Shown here in pieces: positions 48,454 to 60,068 of a stretch of 61,400 bases of DNA. The notes beneath the pieces are model-generated. The model was not told the DNA's origin and ran no database searches. It worked only from the letters and a program-made list of their open reading frames with translations. The DNA is taken from positions 124,001-185,400 of the forward strand of contig JALDZX010000044.1 in NCBI GenBank assembly GCA_022813865.1, given 5' to 3'. The position numbers and the translations under genes are program-made. Position 1 is the stretch's first letter. Every line of letters starts with the position of its first letter. This DNA comes from Xylographa opegraphella. Taxonomy: Eukaryota.

Positions 48454-50986
48454 TCATTCACCATCCTCCTCGACGTAACTGATCTTCTTGGCCCTCGCAC
48501 TCTGCCTCGTCGGTGCCGCTCGCGATTTCTTCCCCACCAGCACGCTCTCGGCTTCTGACGGAGGCGCATCCACCGACGCTTCGTCGTCCGAGGTGGACGG
48601 CGTTTGAACACTGCGTGCATTCTTCTTGGGAGCCGCTGCTTTCTTCGCGCTGCTTTTTGGGGTCGCTTTGGACCTCTTCGCTGGAGTGGGCATCGCGACG
48701 GCGGCGCCGTCAATCTCGCCGTCCCCATTCACATTAGCTTCTAACTTGACAGCCGACTGGGCAGCTTCCGCCGCGGCTTTGCGCTTCTGCGCCGTCGTCA
48801 AGGGTTTTCCACGGTCAGCCGGCTCCTTCTTCTTCACCACCTTCTTTACCGGGCGCAGCCAGTCCTCCATGCCGGGGGGCCAGTACACACGGCCTTCGGG
48901 TCCGCCCATTCCAACTTCTTCCTCGGGGATGACGGCTTGAGTGAACTCCTCGTCTTCGGCGTCCAGAGCTGCTTCGGCTGCTTCAAGAGTGTCATCTCCC
49001 TCCTCCTTCGCCCTTTTCTTCTTGAGCGTCTTCTTCTTTGGAAATTTTACAGGTTTGTTGTCGTCTTTGCGCACATGGGGAAGCATATCATTGAAGGTGT
49101 CGAAGCCGGGAAGCTTGAATGTTCGCATCAATTCAAAAACAGCCTGCTCTTTGTCTTTTGCTTCGATCATAAGGTCCATATCAGGCGGACAAGGCGGCAG
49201 TGTTGCTACACGAGGGTTGTGTTTTCGTCGCTGTCGTCCAGTGATTGCCGCAGGTGTGGGCTCAGAGTAGTGCATTTTTGGCGTAATATTCTTCCTCTTC
49301 CACGTTGCCAGTATTCGAGGGTAGAGATCCATTATGTCCTTCGTGCCTTCACGTATGTGCTCGGAGTCGAAAATGATGTTGTTATGATGGAAGTCAAGGA
49401 CCATGGGGATGTTAAGCTCTTCGCAAAGGGGCAGAAGGTCGTGAACCGACCAGCTCACATCGTCGTTTTCAAGGACAAGACGCTTTTTGATCTCGGGAGA
49501 TAGCCGCTTGTAGTTTTCTCGGAAGCGTTCAAGAGTTGCCTCTTTGTCGCCAAAGACTCCTCCTAGATGCAATATCATGACAGCGTCCCGATCTTGCTGG
49601 GGAGGTAGTTTAAGGAGGCTAAGCAGCTCTGCGTGGTACTCTAAGTCCCGAAGAGCATTGTCTATCACGGACTTCCGAGGTGACCCCAATTGAGTGAACT
49701 ATATGCGGTTAGTTCGGAGCTCATTTTCTCTGCCTTTGAACCATTTTCTGCTAAAACTCACCTGACCTGGATGAGTTGTTAGGCGATGGCCTAATTCTCC
49801 AGCGACCTTTCCTGCCTCTGCGAGGGCCTCAGATGCGAACGGTGCTAACTTGTAACCATACTCTTCATGGCTCGCAAAGGGAAACATCTCGCTACTCAAC
49901 CTCAAGAACTTGATACCGTACCGATCATTCCATCTCAGCATCTTCACAATATCCTTGGCATTTGCTATGCCAAGGCTCTCAACAAATGCCTGGCCTCTAG
50001 AAATGTCAGCAGGCTGATCTCGATCCGGTCGGTTCTTCGTTGCATGTGGAGGTTCGTCGGGATTCCTTAGAGGATGCCTATTCTCTAATATAGAAGCGAT
50101 ACGACAAGTTCGTGAGCTGAATACAGGGGGATTCGAGTAGCGCAGATATGTGCAGAGACACGCCTGAGAGATATTAGGGATGAGTTGCGAAACAAGAAAG
50201 TATACTTACATAGCCCAGCCGACCCTTCCATGGCAATGGAAGATAATCGCTATTTACGGGTGGTGGTCTCGAAAGTGCAGCTTGAATCTCCTCCTCATCG
50301 GCTTCTTCTTCGCCATCGGCTTCGGGATCCAAGAACTGGGGTTCCTTGGTCGCGGCGTTCTTCTCTTGTCCAGCTGAAGGCGATTCCAGTGCCTTCGCTG
50401 TCTTACTCAAAGTCTTCAATGTCTTCGTTGACTTTGCGGTTTGGGGCTTCTTGTTCGAGGGTGGCTCAACATCTGACACATCCGACAGAGAAGAGTCAGA
50501 CTCCCCACCTGTAACTAACGAGGGAACGGTGTCCTCCTCATCCTGGATATGCGTTGCAGTACCCCCTTCAATTTTATCCACGTCCAGTTTCTCGTCCTTC
50601 TCTTCAGCATCTGGAGATGCACGAAGCGCCTCCGGCCCATCAAGAACTTCCGAATTGATATCTGGGTTCGTCGAGGCAGCCTTAGGTAACGGACGAGTTT
50701 GTTTCCGTTGACTCGCCCGCCGTTTCGCAGGAGCAGGGAGCAAATGGTCAAATGAGGGCATGTGCATAAGACCCGGAGAAGGATCGGTGGCTTGAGCAAG
50801 GCTGGAGCTCTTCCGTTTTACCATTTTCGGGATTTGGGAAAGGACCAAGAGAATAGAAAAGGGTTTGCTGAAGGCGTCGTGTAGCTTCGTATTGGGTTGT
50901 ACTGAATAGTGAAAGCAGCGAGAATGAAAGTGCTGGCGAACAGGTATCGCCCTCAACGTCCATCGGACAGTGCCATTTCTTAGCAT
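48454..50986 (-). CDS. uve1: UV-damage endonuclease UVDE/Uve1 (introns ~50209-50164 and ~49761-49699; alternative ATG at 50824)
   Basis: 'LPWKGRLGY|ACLCTYLR...FSSRTCR', 'FLRLSSEMFPFASH', 'RLTTHPGQF', 'LVLENDD', 'VLDFHH', 'KMHYSEP', 'MIEAKDKEQAV'. Confidence 0.96.
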
Positions 50987-51551
50987 GAGTCGAATACAGC
51001 TCAAGAACAATATAGACCGTCACTCATCGAACATGCAGTGCGCCCAAATCCTCGAAAATAATTCCACAAGCTGCATAGAGCTGTAGTGAACTTTCTAGTA
51101 ATGTTCCCATCGCATGATGACGTAGGATATTCACCGAGTTTAAGATAAGCCCTAGCCTCGAAACCCCTTTCCAGCTCCGTAACCCGTAGACAACCATACG
51201 AAATCTACCACCCTTCATCCGGAGGTTTGCTCCACTTGCATATGAAGACAATGTACGTCTAAGTATCGATTTGAAATGATCATCATCATCACAAACAGCA
51301 AAGTCATACGAGTTTCTTCACGATTCAAAGCATTGCAGTCACAACCTGATATCTGGTGCCAAATCCGATCACACAATGAATATGATTGGACTTCAATCAG
51401 TTGTGTCATGTCCACAAGTTGATCTGACCTACCAGCTATGTTATCTAGGTCCTGAGGGGAACCGATGATGACTGCTCAGCTCCATAGTTCTCTTTCGTTT
51501 TGTCATCCATCATGATTGAGTAGAATTGCCACTCCGATTTCTTACAGCCTC

Positions 51552-52270
51552 TCAACTCGAAATCTCGACTGAACACTTCAAGCAATGGTTAAACCAATCC
51601 CAGTGTCTTAGATACATTGGCCCTGTCCCAGGCGAAGTATTCTGATTAGTCAGCCGTGGATCGCGAAGCTTCTTCACTTCGATGGCTGCCTTTCTGAAAA
51701 CCGCTTTCTCATCAGTTGTGGTGCGATTGTTCTGAATTAGCAGACGTAGTGCAGCGCTGACATGGACGTTGGCGGTGATAGTATGCTGGAAGAAGCCTCC
51801 TTTGTATCCCGTGGACGAGGCGCAGGCAAGCTCGAGGGTGTTCTGCGTGGTCTTCAAAAGCAAAGCTGTAACATCCTGAGGATCTCCTTTGTAATTTTCT
51901 GGAGGAATCCGAAGAACTATATCTGTAGAAGGTGCCATGCCTCGAGCTCGCTGATCGCTCTTGAAAACATTGATCAACTTCTCCTAAAAAATTCACGAAA
52001 CTCAGAATTTGCTCGAAAGACAAAGGACCGGTTTTAGCTTCGAGGGCGAGAAGCTTTGCAATCGAATCCCTTTCGACAATAAAAACTTCTTTCTCGGAAG
52101 TCGTCGTCAGTGGTGATAAGATCAGTCGGCAGAGACAAGACAATACTGGAACCTCAGATGTGATAATGTTGGTAAAAGCTCCATCATTGTAGTTCCGATT
52201 GGGACTGCAGGCCAGGACCAAAGTCTCAGGATAGATTTCACATACGAACCCACCACTGATTTAGTCATCT
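51552..52270 (-). CDS. Possible lineage-specific or decaying gene; structure unresolved
   Basis: Overlapping ORFs 51552-51977 and 51712-52221 each have protein-like composition. No family recognised and the junction is unclear. Confidence 0.3.
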
Positions 52271-52806
52271 TGATCGCAGAGTTTGTACTTCCTCGTGGTA
52301 GCCTTGATGGCCGGACAATCCGATGCGTTAGCACTGAATAAAGAGCTGGTCTAGCACTTGAAGAATCAGTCTGTGGAGGATGATGAGCATGTAAGGTGCG
52401 GAGTGGGTGAGAAGAAGATCAGATCGTGATGGAAGTGTTGCAAGTGAATGATATCAGGACGAGAGGCCTCATATTTGGCAGATGACCGCACTACCTGCTT
52501 TCATTTGCTTCCTGGAATCCAGCCTAATCCTTTAAAGATCCTTGAACTGCAAGTACCTTCTCATATGTGTAAGATTTGTTGCATCTTATGATGGTTCGTC
52601 ACGTGTGAGTTAGCAGTTGATATACTTGAGAGACTGAGTTGTATGTTTGTTTATCCTGGAGAAAACCGTATGAGACTAAACTTTCTCATGACCGTGAAGT
52701 GTCGAGATGGCAAGTCCAATGTCCTTACCTACATAGACAGACCGATTCCGAGTGCAACAAAGCTAGCGGGTGAGTTCAGGTATGAAGCTTTCCACGCGAT
52801 ATGGCT

Positions 52807-52834
52807 GTAGGACAACCAATGTAGGACAACCCAA
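52807..52834. repeat. 14-bp tandem duplication TGTAGGACAACCAA
   Basis: tgtaggacaaccaa tgtaggacaaccca. Confidence 0.75.
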
Positions 52835-53266
52835 TCCGCTATCATTGACAAGTATTCTCAAGCAGATATGTCAACAGGCAGAGTTGCTTACAGAGACACA
52901 CAAAATATGCGAAGCTCTATTCAATATGAACGCAAAGTAAGTCATGGGGTATACGTGCACATCGCTCAACGACCGTAACAGTGCACCTTGGTACTCCGAA
53001 TTACACAAATCAGAATACAAGGATGTGGACAATGAAAAGCCGACATCAAACACATCAAGTCACCTGCATACTCGAAAGAATCCAGCTGTTCCTGTTAGAA
53101 TCGCTCCATTCGCAACCGCAGCTCCACGAGGTGTTCCGATCCGGTATTCCGGGCAACAAAAGGTGCACGAAGTGGAACGACAAATAGAGGATTATCGCAC
53201 AGCACTTCGAGAGACACAATGCATATTTTGTTTCGTTCCCCCAAATCAATCATTAAAGTCACCAGA

Positions 53267-55870
53267 CTAACCTCTATCTTTGTATCGATCTTTCAAATCC
53301 CCCAGATCCTCCTTTTTAGCTCTTTCCACCAAGCGAATAGCATCAATCATAACATCGTTGCCCACTCTCCATGCTCGAAGCATGACCCCATGCTCATCGA
53401 GGATGTCTTTGGCGCGTGCCCACCGCCGTTTCCACAATTCTTCTTTCTTGTTCAACGGTGAGGTTGCATTCACCTCCTCATCGCCACTGAAACCCAATCG
53501 ATTTGTTGCATATTGAGCAGCTGCAGCCGGGTAGGATGTGATATTTCTTCGCGGAGGTACTGGTGGCGGCACCGCAGCGATAGGAGCTCCAAGTTGACTA
53601 CGTCGCGCATCTCCTGAACGAGTGGTAGGCGAAGTAGTCGCAGATGTCGTTCCATGCCAATAGGCTACTGGTGATGGAAGAGCATTATAAGCACTGGCTA
53701 CCTTGTTTTTCACCGCTGCCCGGTACGTTTGTCGTTCAAGCGAGTTTGCCCTACTACTAAGCGGGGATGTGCTCTGTGCTTGTGACAAGGGCGACGGCTC
53801 TGCGGGTTGATGAGGTTCTTGAGACGATGAATATTTTCGTGGCTTTGGAGGTGGAGCTGGACCCTTCCGGTTGGTAGAGAACGCTGGAGAAGGGTTCAAA
53901 GTGGATACAGCATCTGTAGAAAAACCACGGAGAGCAAGTGGTTTCGATGGACGTTCCGGCGGTGAAGACTTGGATGACGTGTTGGATATGCTACGTCCTA
54001 GTTTTGTGGTAGGCTCTGTATCCGACCGACGAGGCGATAGAGGTTCTGGGTCGTCGTCAAAATCAATCAAATCTCCCATGATGGGGCCGGCGGAATGAGG
54101 CTGTGTTTGTGTTGGAGCCTCTGTCAACGGCCGAGGAGGCAGAGTGGGCCTTGATTCAGATGTCTTCGCGAGTCCATTTGATGAAAATGCACCGTTCGAC
54201 CTGCGTCCACGTAAAGTAGACCTTGCACCTCCGCCGCTTAAGGGACCCATACTGGAATCGAAAAACCCTTGACCGGGAGTGGTCGTGACATCTCGGATGA
54301 AGACACCCAAGACTCTTCCCGGATGTGCTAGTACTATATCCGTGTACAATTCCAAGTCTGCCTCTCCACTATCACCAACCAGAATGAAGCGCCGCTCAGG
54401 AAAATCTGACATAATTCGATTGAGTGTTCCCTTTTTCCTTTCCGCAACTGGTTCGAATATCCCTTGTAGCATACCCGTATATTGCTTAAGGTGGAAGGAG
54501 CCCGGGGGCAGTCCCGCAAGCGCAAAGTAGCTGACTAGAACCGGATACAATTGCCAGGGAGCATTTGAGACATAATGTAGCTTAACGTCCATCCCAAAAA
54601 GCCGGTTATACCACTCCTTGACTCCCTCAACAGTGAGGTCTCCAAGGTCTCGAATGAATGTGTTTCGAAATATTTCCTTAGCACCACTACCTATAGCCGA
54701 GTGCTTTATCGTATCATCAATATCACTTATAAGGCTGATTCCAGTCGGCTCTGTGATCAAGACCTCTTCGGTGGCAGACAAGTCCGATGATGCCAGAACC
54801 CTCACATGAGTTGGAACAAAGTCGAGTGCAGCTCTCAAGTTGAAATGTCCTGCATCGTTAGTGTGTGTAGTTCGCGACTGGGACGTATGATCATTATAAA
54901 AGAATATCGTTAAAGGCATATTGACCGAAGGAGTCGTTAGAAATGGTTTTAACCTGTTCATTAAATGATTGTTGGCAGCAGAAAGTTGCGCTGAATTCAT
55001 ATCTGCTGGTTGACTCCAGGAAGATCTGTTGAGTGGGCCACCAGTGACAGGGACATCACTCTCGTCTGTCGATAGAGAGGTGTTAGTAACTGGGTGTGGA
55101 AAATCCCCCGGTCTAGGCTGCTCAGAGCTCGGGGACGGGGGACGACTCTTGTCCATTTGGCTGTAAAGACTAGATGTATCCGTGCTTTGCTCGAGTCCTT
55201 CACTATACCCACCGCGTCCCGCTATGTCTGCCTCATGTTTACCCCTTTCGGTAATTTGTTGAACCTCCTTCTCCACCATTTCTTCCTCGCGCTCAGAAGC
55301 TCTATCCCGATGTTTACTTGTGGCCCGGCTGGCATTCTGGCTTCCAGGTGCTGGTATGCCGCTGAGGTGTCTCGCGATCCCGAAGAGTAATCGATTCTTT
55401 CGTGTCATTGGTCCTGAATGCTGAGAGTATATCCAGCCTCGAATGTCAACATCCACTATAGCGTTCGCATCCTCGTAGACTTCCCATTCCCTACGCCAGT
55501 ATTCTGCATCCCCAGTACCAGTATTGTCTTCAGTCTCGTGGCCTGCGCCATATTGGCCTTGTGCAAAGGGTTTCGGCTTCTCCTTTTTCGTATGCCGGCG
55601 AGCATAGCTTGGAAACAACACCATCTCATCTACTCCACTGCGTGCCACCACAAGTTCTGGGAAAGCACCGGAGATACTTGCATCGTCATGCTCCGCTTCC
55701 CCATCGTTTGCTCCTCGGGAAGTGTAGGTGTCCCGATAAGATTGTCTCAACTCATTCGCAGCCTTAAGATACCCAGCAAGCTTCTTCCGTCGTGAGCCCC
55801 GCTCTCCTGTAGCTCCATATCCATCTCCTCCACCATTTAAAGCACCCGCAACACCTGTTTGTGCCGACAT
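53267..55870 (-). CDS. APP1: Actin-patch phosphatidate phosphatase App1
   Basis: HAD motif 'ISDIDDTIK', 'HYVSNAPWQLY', 'GSFHLKQY', 'LVGDSGEADLELY', 'IFIRDV'-like VFIRDV, Pro-rich tail. First ATG at 55870 (MSAQTG). Confidence 0.94.
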   Translation of the reverse strand: MSAQTGVAGALNGGGDGYGATGERGSRRKKLAGYLKAANELRQSYRDTYTSRGANDGEAEHDDASISGAFPELVVARSGVDEMVLFPSYARRHTKKEKPKPFAQGQYGAGHETEDNTGTGDAEYWRREWEVYEDANAIVDVDIRGWIYSQHSGPMTRKNRLLFGIARHLSGIPAPGSQNASRATSKHRDRASEREEEMVEKEVQQITERGKHEADIAGRGGYSEGLEQSTDTSSLYSQMDKSRPPSPSSEQPRPGDFPHPVTNTSLSTDESDVPVTGGPLNRSSWSQPADMNSAQLSAANNHLMNRLKPFLTTPSVNMPLTIFFYNDHTSQSRTTHTNDAGHFNLRAALDFVPTHVRVLASSDLSATEEVLITEPTGISLISDIDDTIKHSAIGSGAKEIFRNTFIRDLGDLTVEGVKEWYNRLFGMDVKLHYVSNAPWQLYPVLVSYFALAGLPPGSFHLKQYTGMLQGIFEPVAERKKGTLNRIMSDFPERRFILVGDSGEADLELYTDIVLAHPGRVLGVFIRDVTTTPGQGFFDSSMGPLSGGGARSTLRGRRSNGAFSSNGLAKTSESRPTLPPRPLTEAPTQTQPHSAGPIMGDLIDFDDDPEPLSPRRSDTEPTTKLGRSISNTSSKSSPPERPSKPLALRGFSTDAVSTLNPSPAFSTNRKGPAPPPKPRKYSSSQEPHQPAEPSPLSQAQSTSPLSSRANSLERQTYRAAVKNKVASAYNALPSPVAYWHGTTSATTSPTTRSGDARRSQLGAPIAAVPPPVPPRRNITSYPAAAAQYATNRLGFSGDEEVNATSPLNKKEELWKRRWARAKDILDEHGVMLRAWRVGNDVMIDAIRLVERAKKEDLGDLKDRYKDRG

Positions 55871-57572
55871 GCTCGTTCTGGACCGTGCATGTCTTTGCTT
55901 CAAAGTGTCCAGATGAAATCCGTTCTTGCGCTTCAAAAGCCCTAATATACCCTTTCCAGCTATTCTACGTTCCTGGCGCTTGGTCTGACGTGTTACAAGA
56001 AATCGGTAGACGTGAGAATGAGCTCGTTGGCGATAGTGCGGTAACGTACCGAAACGGAAATCGGATACCTTGGCACGAGTTCGCTGGCTTGCCCGAGGGA
56101 ACAAGTAGCGGAAGAAGGACAGTAAGTTTCTCGAATGGCTCGCAGCTTCGGAAAAGATTGGAGGCGCCAGTTTTGTGATGGCGGTTCTACTGGTCCATTT
56201 TAGCCTTCCATTAACACCTGTTTGTAAGACGTCCAGGACGCCAACTTCAGCTAGGTAGGACCATGTGGAGAGAAATAGTCAATACGATTTCATGAGGAAT
56301 TTGCAGTCCCTGAGGTGATAAAAATGCTTTCATGCGTCGAAATGATTTACAAAAATGTTGGAACGTACGTTCACTGCGACGTATTTTCTGAAAAGATAAT
56401 TTTATGAGGTCATTTTTAGCGAACGCGGAATTCGTCAATGCGATCAACTGTTCTCTTTCTTTAATAATTGCTGTTGGGCGTTGCAGCTTTGAATTATTGA
56501 CCTATTGAAAGCAGTTAAGCTCTGGAAATTTGCGAATATGCCCAACCCTCAAGATACTGTCAGTCCCCTTGATCTGCTGTACCTAGTCTACTCCGTACCG
56601 ACCATTAGCCCACGCAATTCCGTCGGGATCCATATCCATGGCACCGGCCGCTGCTTACCCTTGTGATTGTGTCCTTCTATGCATGCGTAGGGCTGTGTTA
56701 GGCGTTCAGTTGTTGAAGTTGAACGCCTTATGTCTGTTCGTATAACCAGAAGCATAGCCCGTATAGTCTCCGTATGTGAAGCAGTTGTACACAACGTTAC
56801 AGTATAACACAAATGCTATATAGACATATTGTAGCTTCAGTTCTGTAAAAATAATGTTTATATGCACAATACTCTCCCAGCTCATCCACCTGCAGCAGCG
56901 GTGGTATCAACAAGGGCCCACGACTTGTGCTATTCAACCGTAACAGTCCGTTTTATTTATACGCAAAACTACCCTGTTGCCTGGAAAAACAGAGTGAACG
57001 AGTAATGATAAAGATATCGGTTACCACGGCGAGTATAGACATTGAAGGCAATTGTTCCTGATCTTCTTTGATGTCTTAAAGTGCAACCACTGCGGACGTT
57101 TCACATCGTGTGTGTTAACAAACTAAAGTATTTCCAGTAAGGTTTGGGGTAAATTCCAATGACGAGCACAAAGATGGGACTTCAAACACTGAAATCATTA
57201 ATACAATCAAGAGAGCTCAATTCTGGAGATTGTACATATATTCATCTGTGTTCCCGAGTACAGAGAGTATGCCCAGAGACAGGACTCATACACAGGTCTT
57301 GTCTCGAAGGTCGACGTAGTTATACTATGTTCCTGCGACATGACATAATAACTTTTCATACCCAAGTGTTGTACTCTATTCGGCTCGGCCTATAACCTGC
57401 GTGGCAAGAGGGCCACTATGCCCCAATCCCTTCTGGAAGTTCTGGATAACATCGCAAGGTCAATATCGCCTCTCAGAAGCCCGAGCGGCGTTGTTATTGA
57501 GGGCGTTTTCCATACGTGCTCATACTATGAATTGCATCTCTTGCTCAGCATGTTCAGCTAGTCCCTTCTCGA

Positions 57573-58690
57573 CTAATCGAGTCTCCCATTTGCTGCTTTG
57601 TCACTCGGAACATAAGTACCACTACTATCTGCGGACTGGGCGAGATCAACTATGCCACCGGTCGGGCCCGCGGTCTGGCTCACCACTGTGGCAGCTTCAG
57701 GATCTGGATTCGCAGATTCGTATTCGAGAGCCTTGATAAGTTTGTAAAACAGAACAGCCAACACAGTCCCGGAGAGTGGTCCCACCCAGTATATCCAATG
57801 GTAACCGCGAAAGCTATGTGTTACGACAGGCGGACCGAAGGAACGAGCAGGATTGAGAGAGCCACCGGTCCAGAATACACCTAAAGTAAGAAAGTGTTAG
57901 TGCATCCGGATGACAGGGCATCGAAGTGGGAGCGAGTATTGGCATACCAACAAGCTCGGCAATGAATAGCGCAAGACCAATTCCAACAGGAGCAATGAAA
58001 TTGCCCGTGTGCTTCTCTGCAGCCAGCATGAAGATGGTAAATACGAGCAAGGTCGTCAGGAGCATTTCAATCAAAACCCCTTGAGCGAGTGAGACTGTGG
58101 TCGCGAGCGTAGTATCGACCGCCAGGGCGCCAGGAAACAGGGCTTCCGTCAAGGCAGCGGCCGCTATGCCGCCAATGATTTGTGTGACGAAAAGTAAAAC
58201 ACCGCGAACCCAGGTGATAGCGCCGATCATTACCATGCCGACTGTGACCTGGCAGCGAGGTCAGCATGCTTCCGTGCAACCAAATCCTAATCAACGTATA
58301 GGCATGGCAAGAGGCAGAGGAAGAGAACTACGACAACGGCGACTCGACGAAACATACAGCAGGGTTAAATAAGCCGCCGCTGATGCGGAAGAAAACCCAG
58401 GCATTGACGGCGAGGGAGAATCCAAACGACAGCGAGATGTATAGTAATTCCTGCGGAGTCTTCTGGGCCACGGTGGTGACCACTGTCGTTCCAGTATTCG
58501 TGTTTGAGGCGACATTGGCAACCTGCGTCCCGGCAAAGGCAAAGAACAGAAACGAGGTCGTCCCCACGAGCTCACCGATGATGGCGACGACATGCCCACG
58601 GATTGTGGTCGGAAGCCATCTCAGCCCTCGACCGAAGACGTCTTCGAAAGGGACAGCCTTGTGAACCGTTCCCGGGGCGCTCGACTTCAT
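57573..58690 (-). CDS. Orthodox (water-selective) aquaporin, Aqy-like (exons 58690-58358, 58248-57948, 57880-57573)
   Basis: 'GELVGTTSFLFFAFAGTQVAN', 'FRISGGLFNPAV', 'TGGSLNPARSFGP', 'YHWIYWVGP', 'LEYESANP'. Confidence 0.95.
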
Positions 58691-59726
58691 CTTTGAAGAT
58701 TACTTCGACACCCGCTCGGTAACACAAAAATACAGGAAACGCTTGAGTGGGATGCACTAGAGAAAGAACGCAGATATCCATCTTCGACCTCAGCCGCGAC
58801 AGAACGGGGGCTATATTTTCGAAACCGGGTTCAATGACGACGGCAAGCGTTTACGCAACGAGCAGACCAAACAAGGCATGTCATGGAGATCCGCTGCTCG
58901 TAGATGCACACTTGAAGGCTCTTTCCCTTCCAACTGTGGCGGTCGCTATGGGGGTTCCGTGGTCGGACTGATGGAAACGGAAAGGCGTGGTTGGTGGTGA
59001 TCGTACTAAGGCGGTCTGGACGATACGGTGGCTGAATTCGGTACCCCACTAAGCCCGCTTTGGACTGCCCGCTAAAATAACTCTCCGGTGGTTTGGCTGC
59101 AGCGTCATCGCAGCTACGTTTTCCTCGAAGTGCTCGTTACAGATTACTTGGAAATAGAGTGCCCTTTGGCAAGAACGATCCCTTACATGTGTATTTGATC
59201 TAAAACTTGACATGACACAGCGAATAGATGTAAACGCTGCGGGCGAAATGGTGCTCTCGGATGGTGGAGTGAATTGGTAACATTGCAAACGGGAGATATA
59301 TTAATATCGAGTCTGCTGCTCGAGGGCAACGCCGCCGTCCATATCAATCGGTACTATCACACGAGGAGCATCTCCCCTTTGATTCACGCATACTGATCTC
59401 TGAGAATCAACCGTTGCTATTTGAGTTGCCATATGCGATCTACAACTCAATGTGATTGTCTCCACCAATTGGTTTCAGTGAGGCAAGCAATCGAATGTGA
59501 ACAGTAACAACCTTTTTGCTGCAAGTTTTTTGCTTTTCTAAAACACAGAGATGCTGATGCAATGCCGCAGTACAAAATCTTCAATCGGAATGCTAGGTAC
59601 AAATTCTCAATCAGATGCTGTACATGTATCTCAGTCTATATATAACATTTCCATTCGCACCATCTGACTCCCATGATAGTCTAGCTCCAGCTCACATTTT
59701 TCTCCATTCTCTGTGGCGTTCTGTTC

Positions 59727-60068
59727 TTAACAGTGGCAGCTTCCGCGGCAGCTGCTGGTCATCTGGGATCCCGAGATGGGGTGCCCGGCGACGGTGGCAC
59801 CATGGCACTGCACTTTGCCCTTGGAATCACATTCGCAGGCGCTGTCACACTGGCTCATGTGGCAGGTGAGAACATAGCGCATCGGCGATGCGCTTCGGCC
59901 AGCATCGCGGCGCATGATCTCCTGGAGGAACTCGATTTCGGATGCGTCAGCCTCCGCGTAGGCGTCCCGAGCGTAAAGGTCGCGCTCGTGCAAGTATTCT
60001 CCCCCGTAGGCAGAGACAGCCGTGGCGGCAGCGAGGAAGGAAAAGATGATGGTCTTGGAGAAAAGCAT
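59727..60068 (-). CDS. Small secreted cysteine-rich peptide precursor (113 aa; signal peptide, propeptide, 8-Cys mature domain)
   Basis: MLFSKTIIFSFLAAATAVSA signal peptide. Pro-region ER-DLYAR-DAYAEADA...IMRR. Cys spacing C-x4-C-x3-C-x-C-x7-C-x18-C-x3-C-x-C. TATAAA-like element about 200 bp upstream (~60261-60266). Confidence 0.88.
   Translation of the reverse strand: MLFSKTIIFSFLAAATAVSAYGGEYLHERDLYARDAYAEADASEIEFLQEIMRRDAGRSASPMRYVLTCHMSQCDSACECDSKGKVQCHGATVAGHPISGSQMTSSCRGSCHC

Noticed and set aside
52944..53270. 108-aa plus-strand ORF abutting the APP1 stop
   Set aside because: Overlaps the expected APP1 3' UTR on the opposite strand and has no recognisable motif.
55871..56104. N-terminal extension of the APP1 ORF
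   Set aside because: Begins at a non-ATG codon; the first ATG is at 55870. No independent support for translation.
56200..57400. AT-richer interval considered as a RIP-degraded transposon
   Set aside because: No terminal repeats or transposase/RT remnants seen; consistent with APP1 promoter plus aquaporin terminator.
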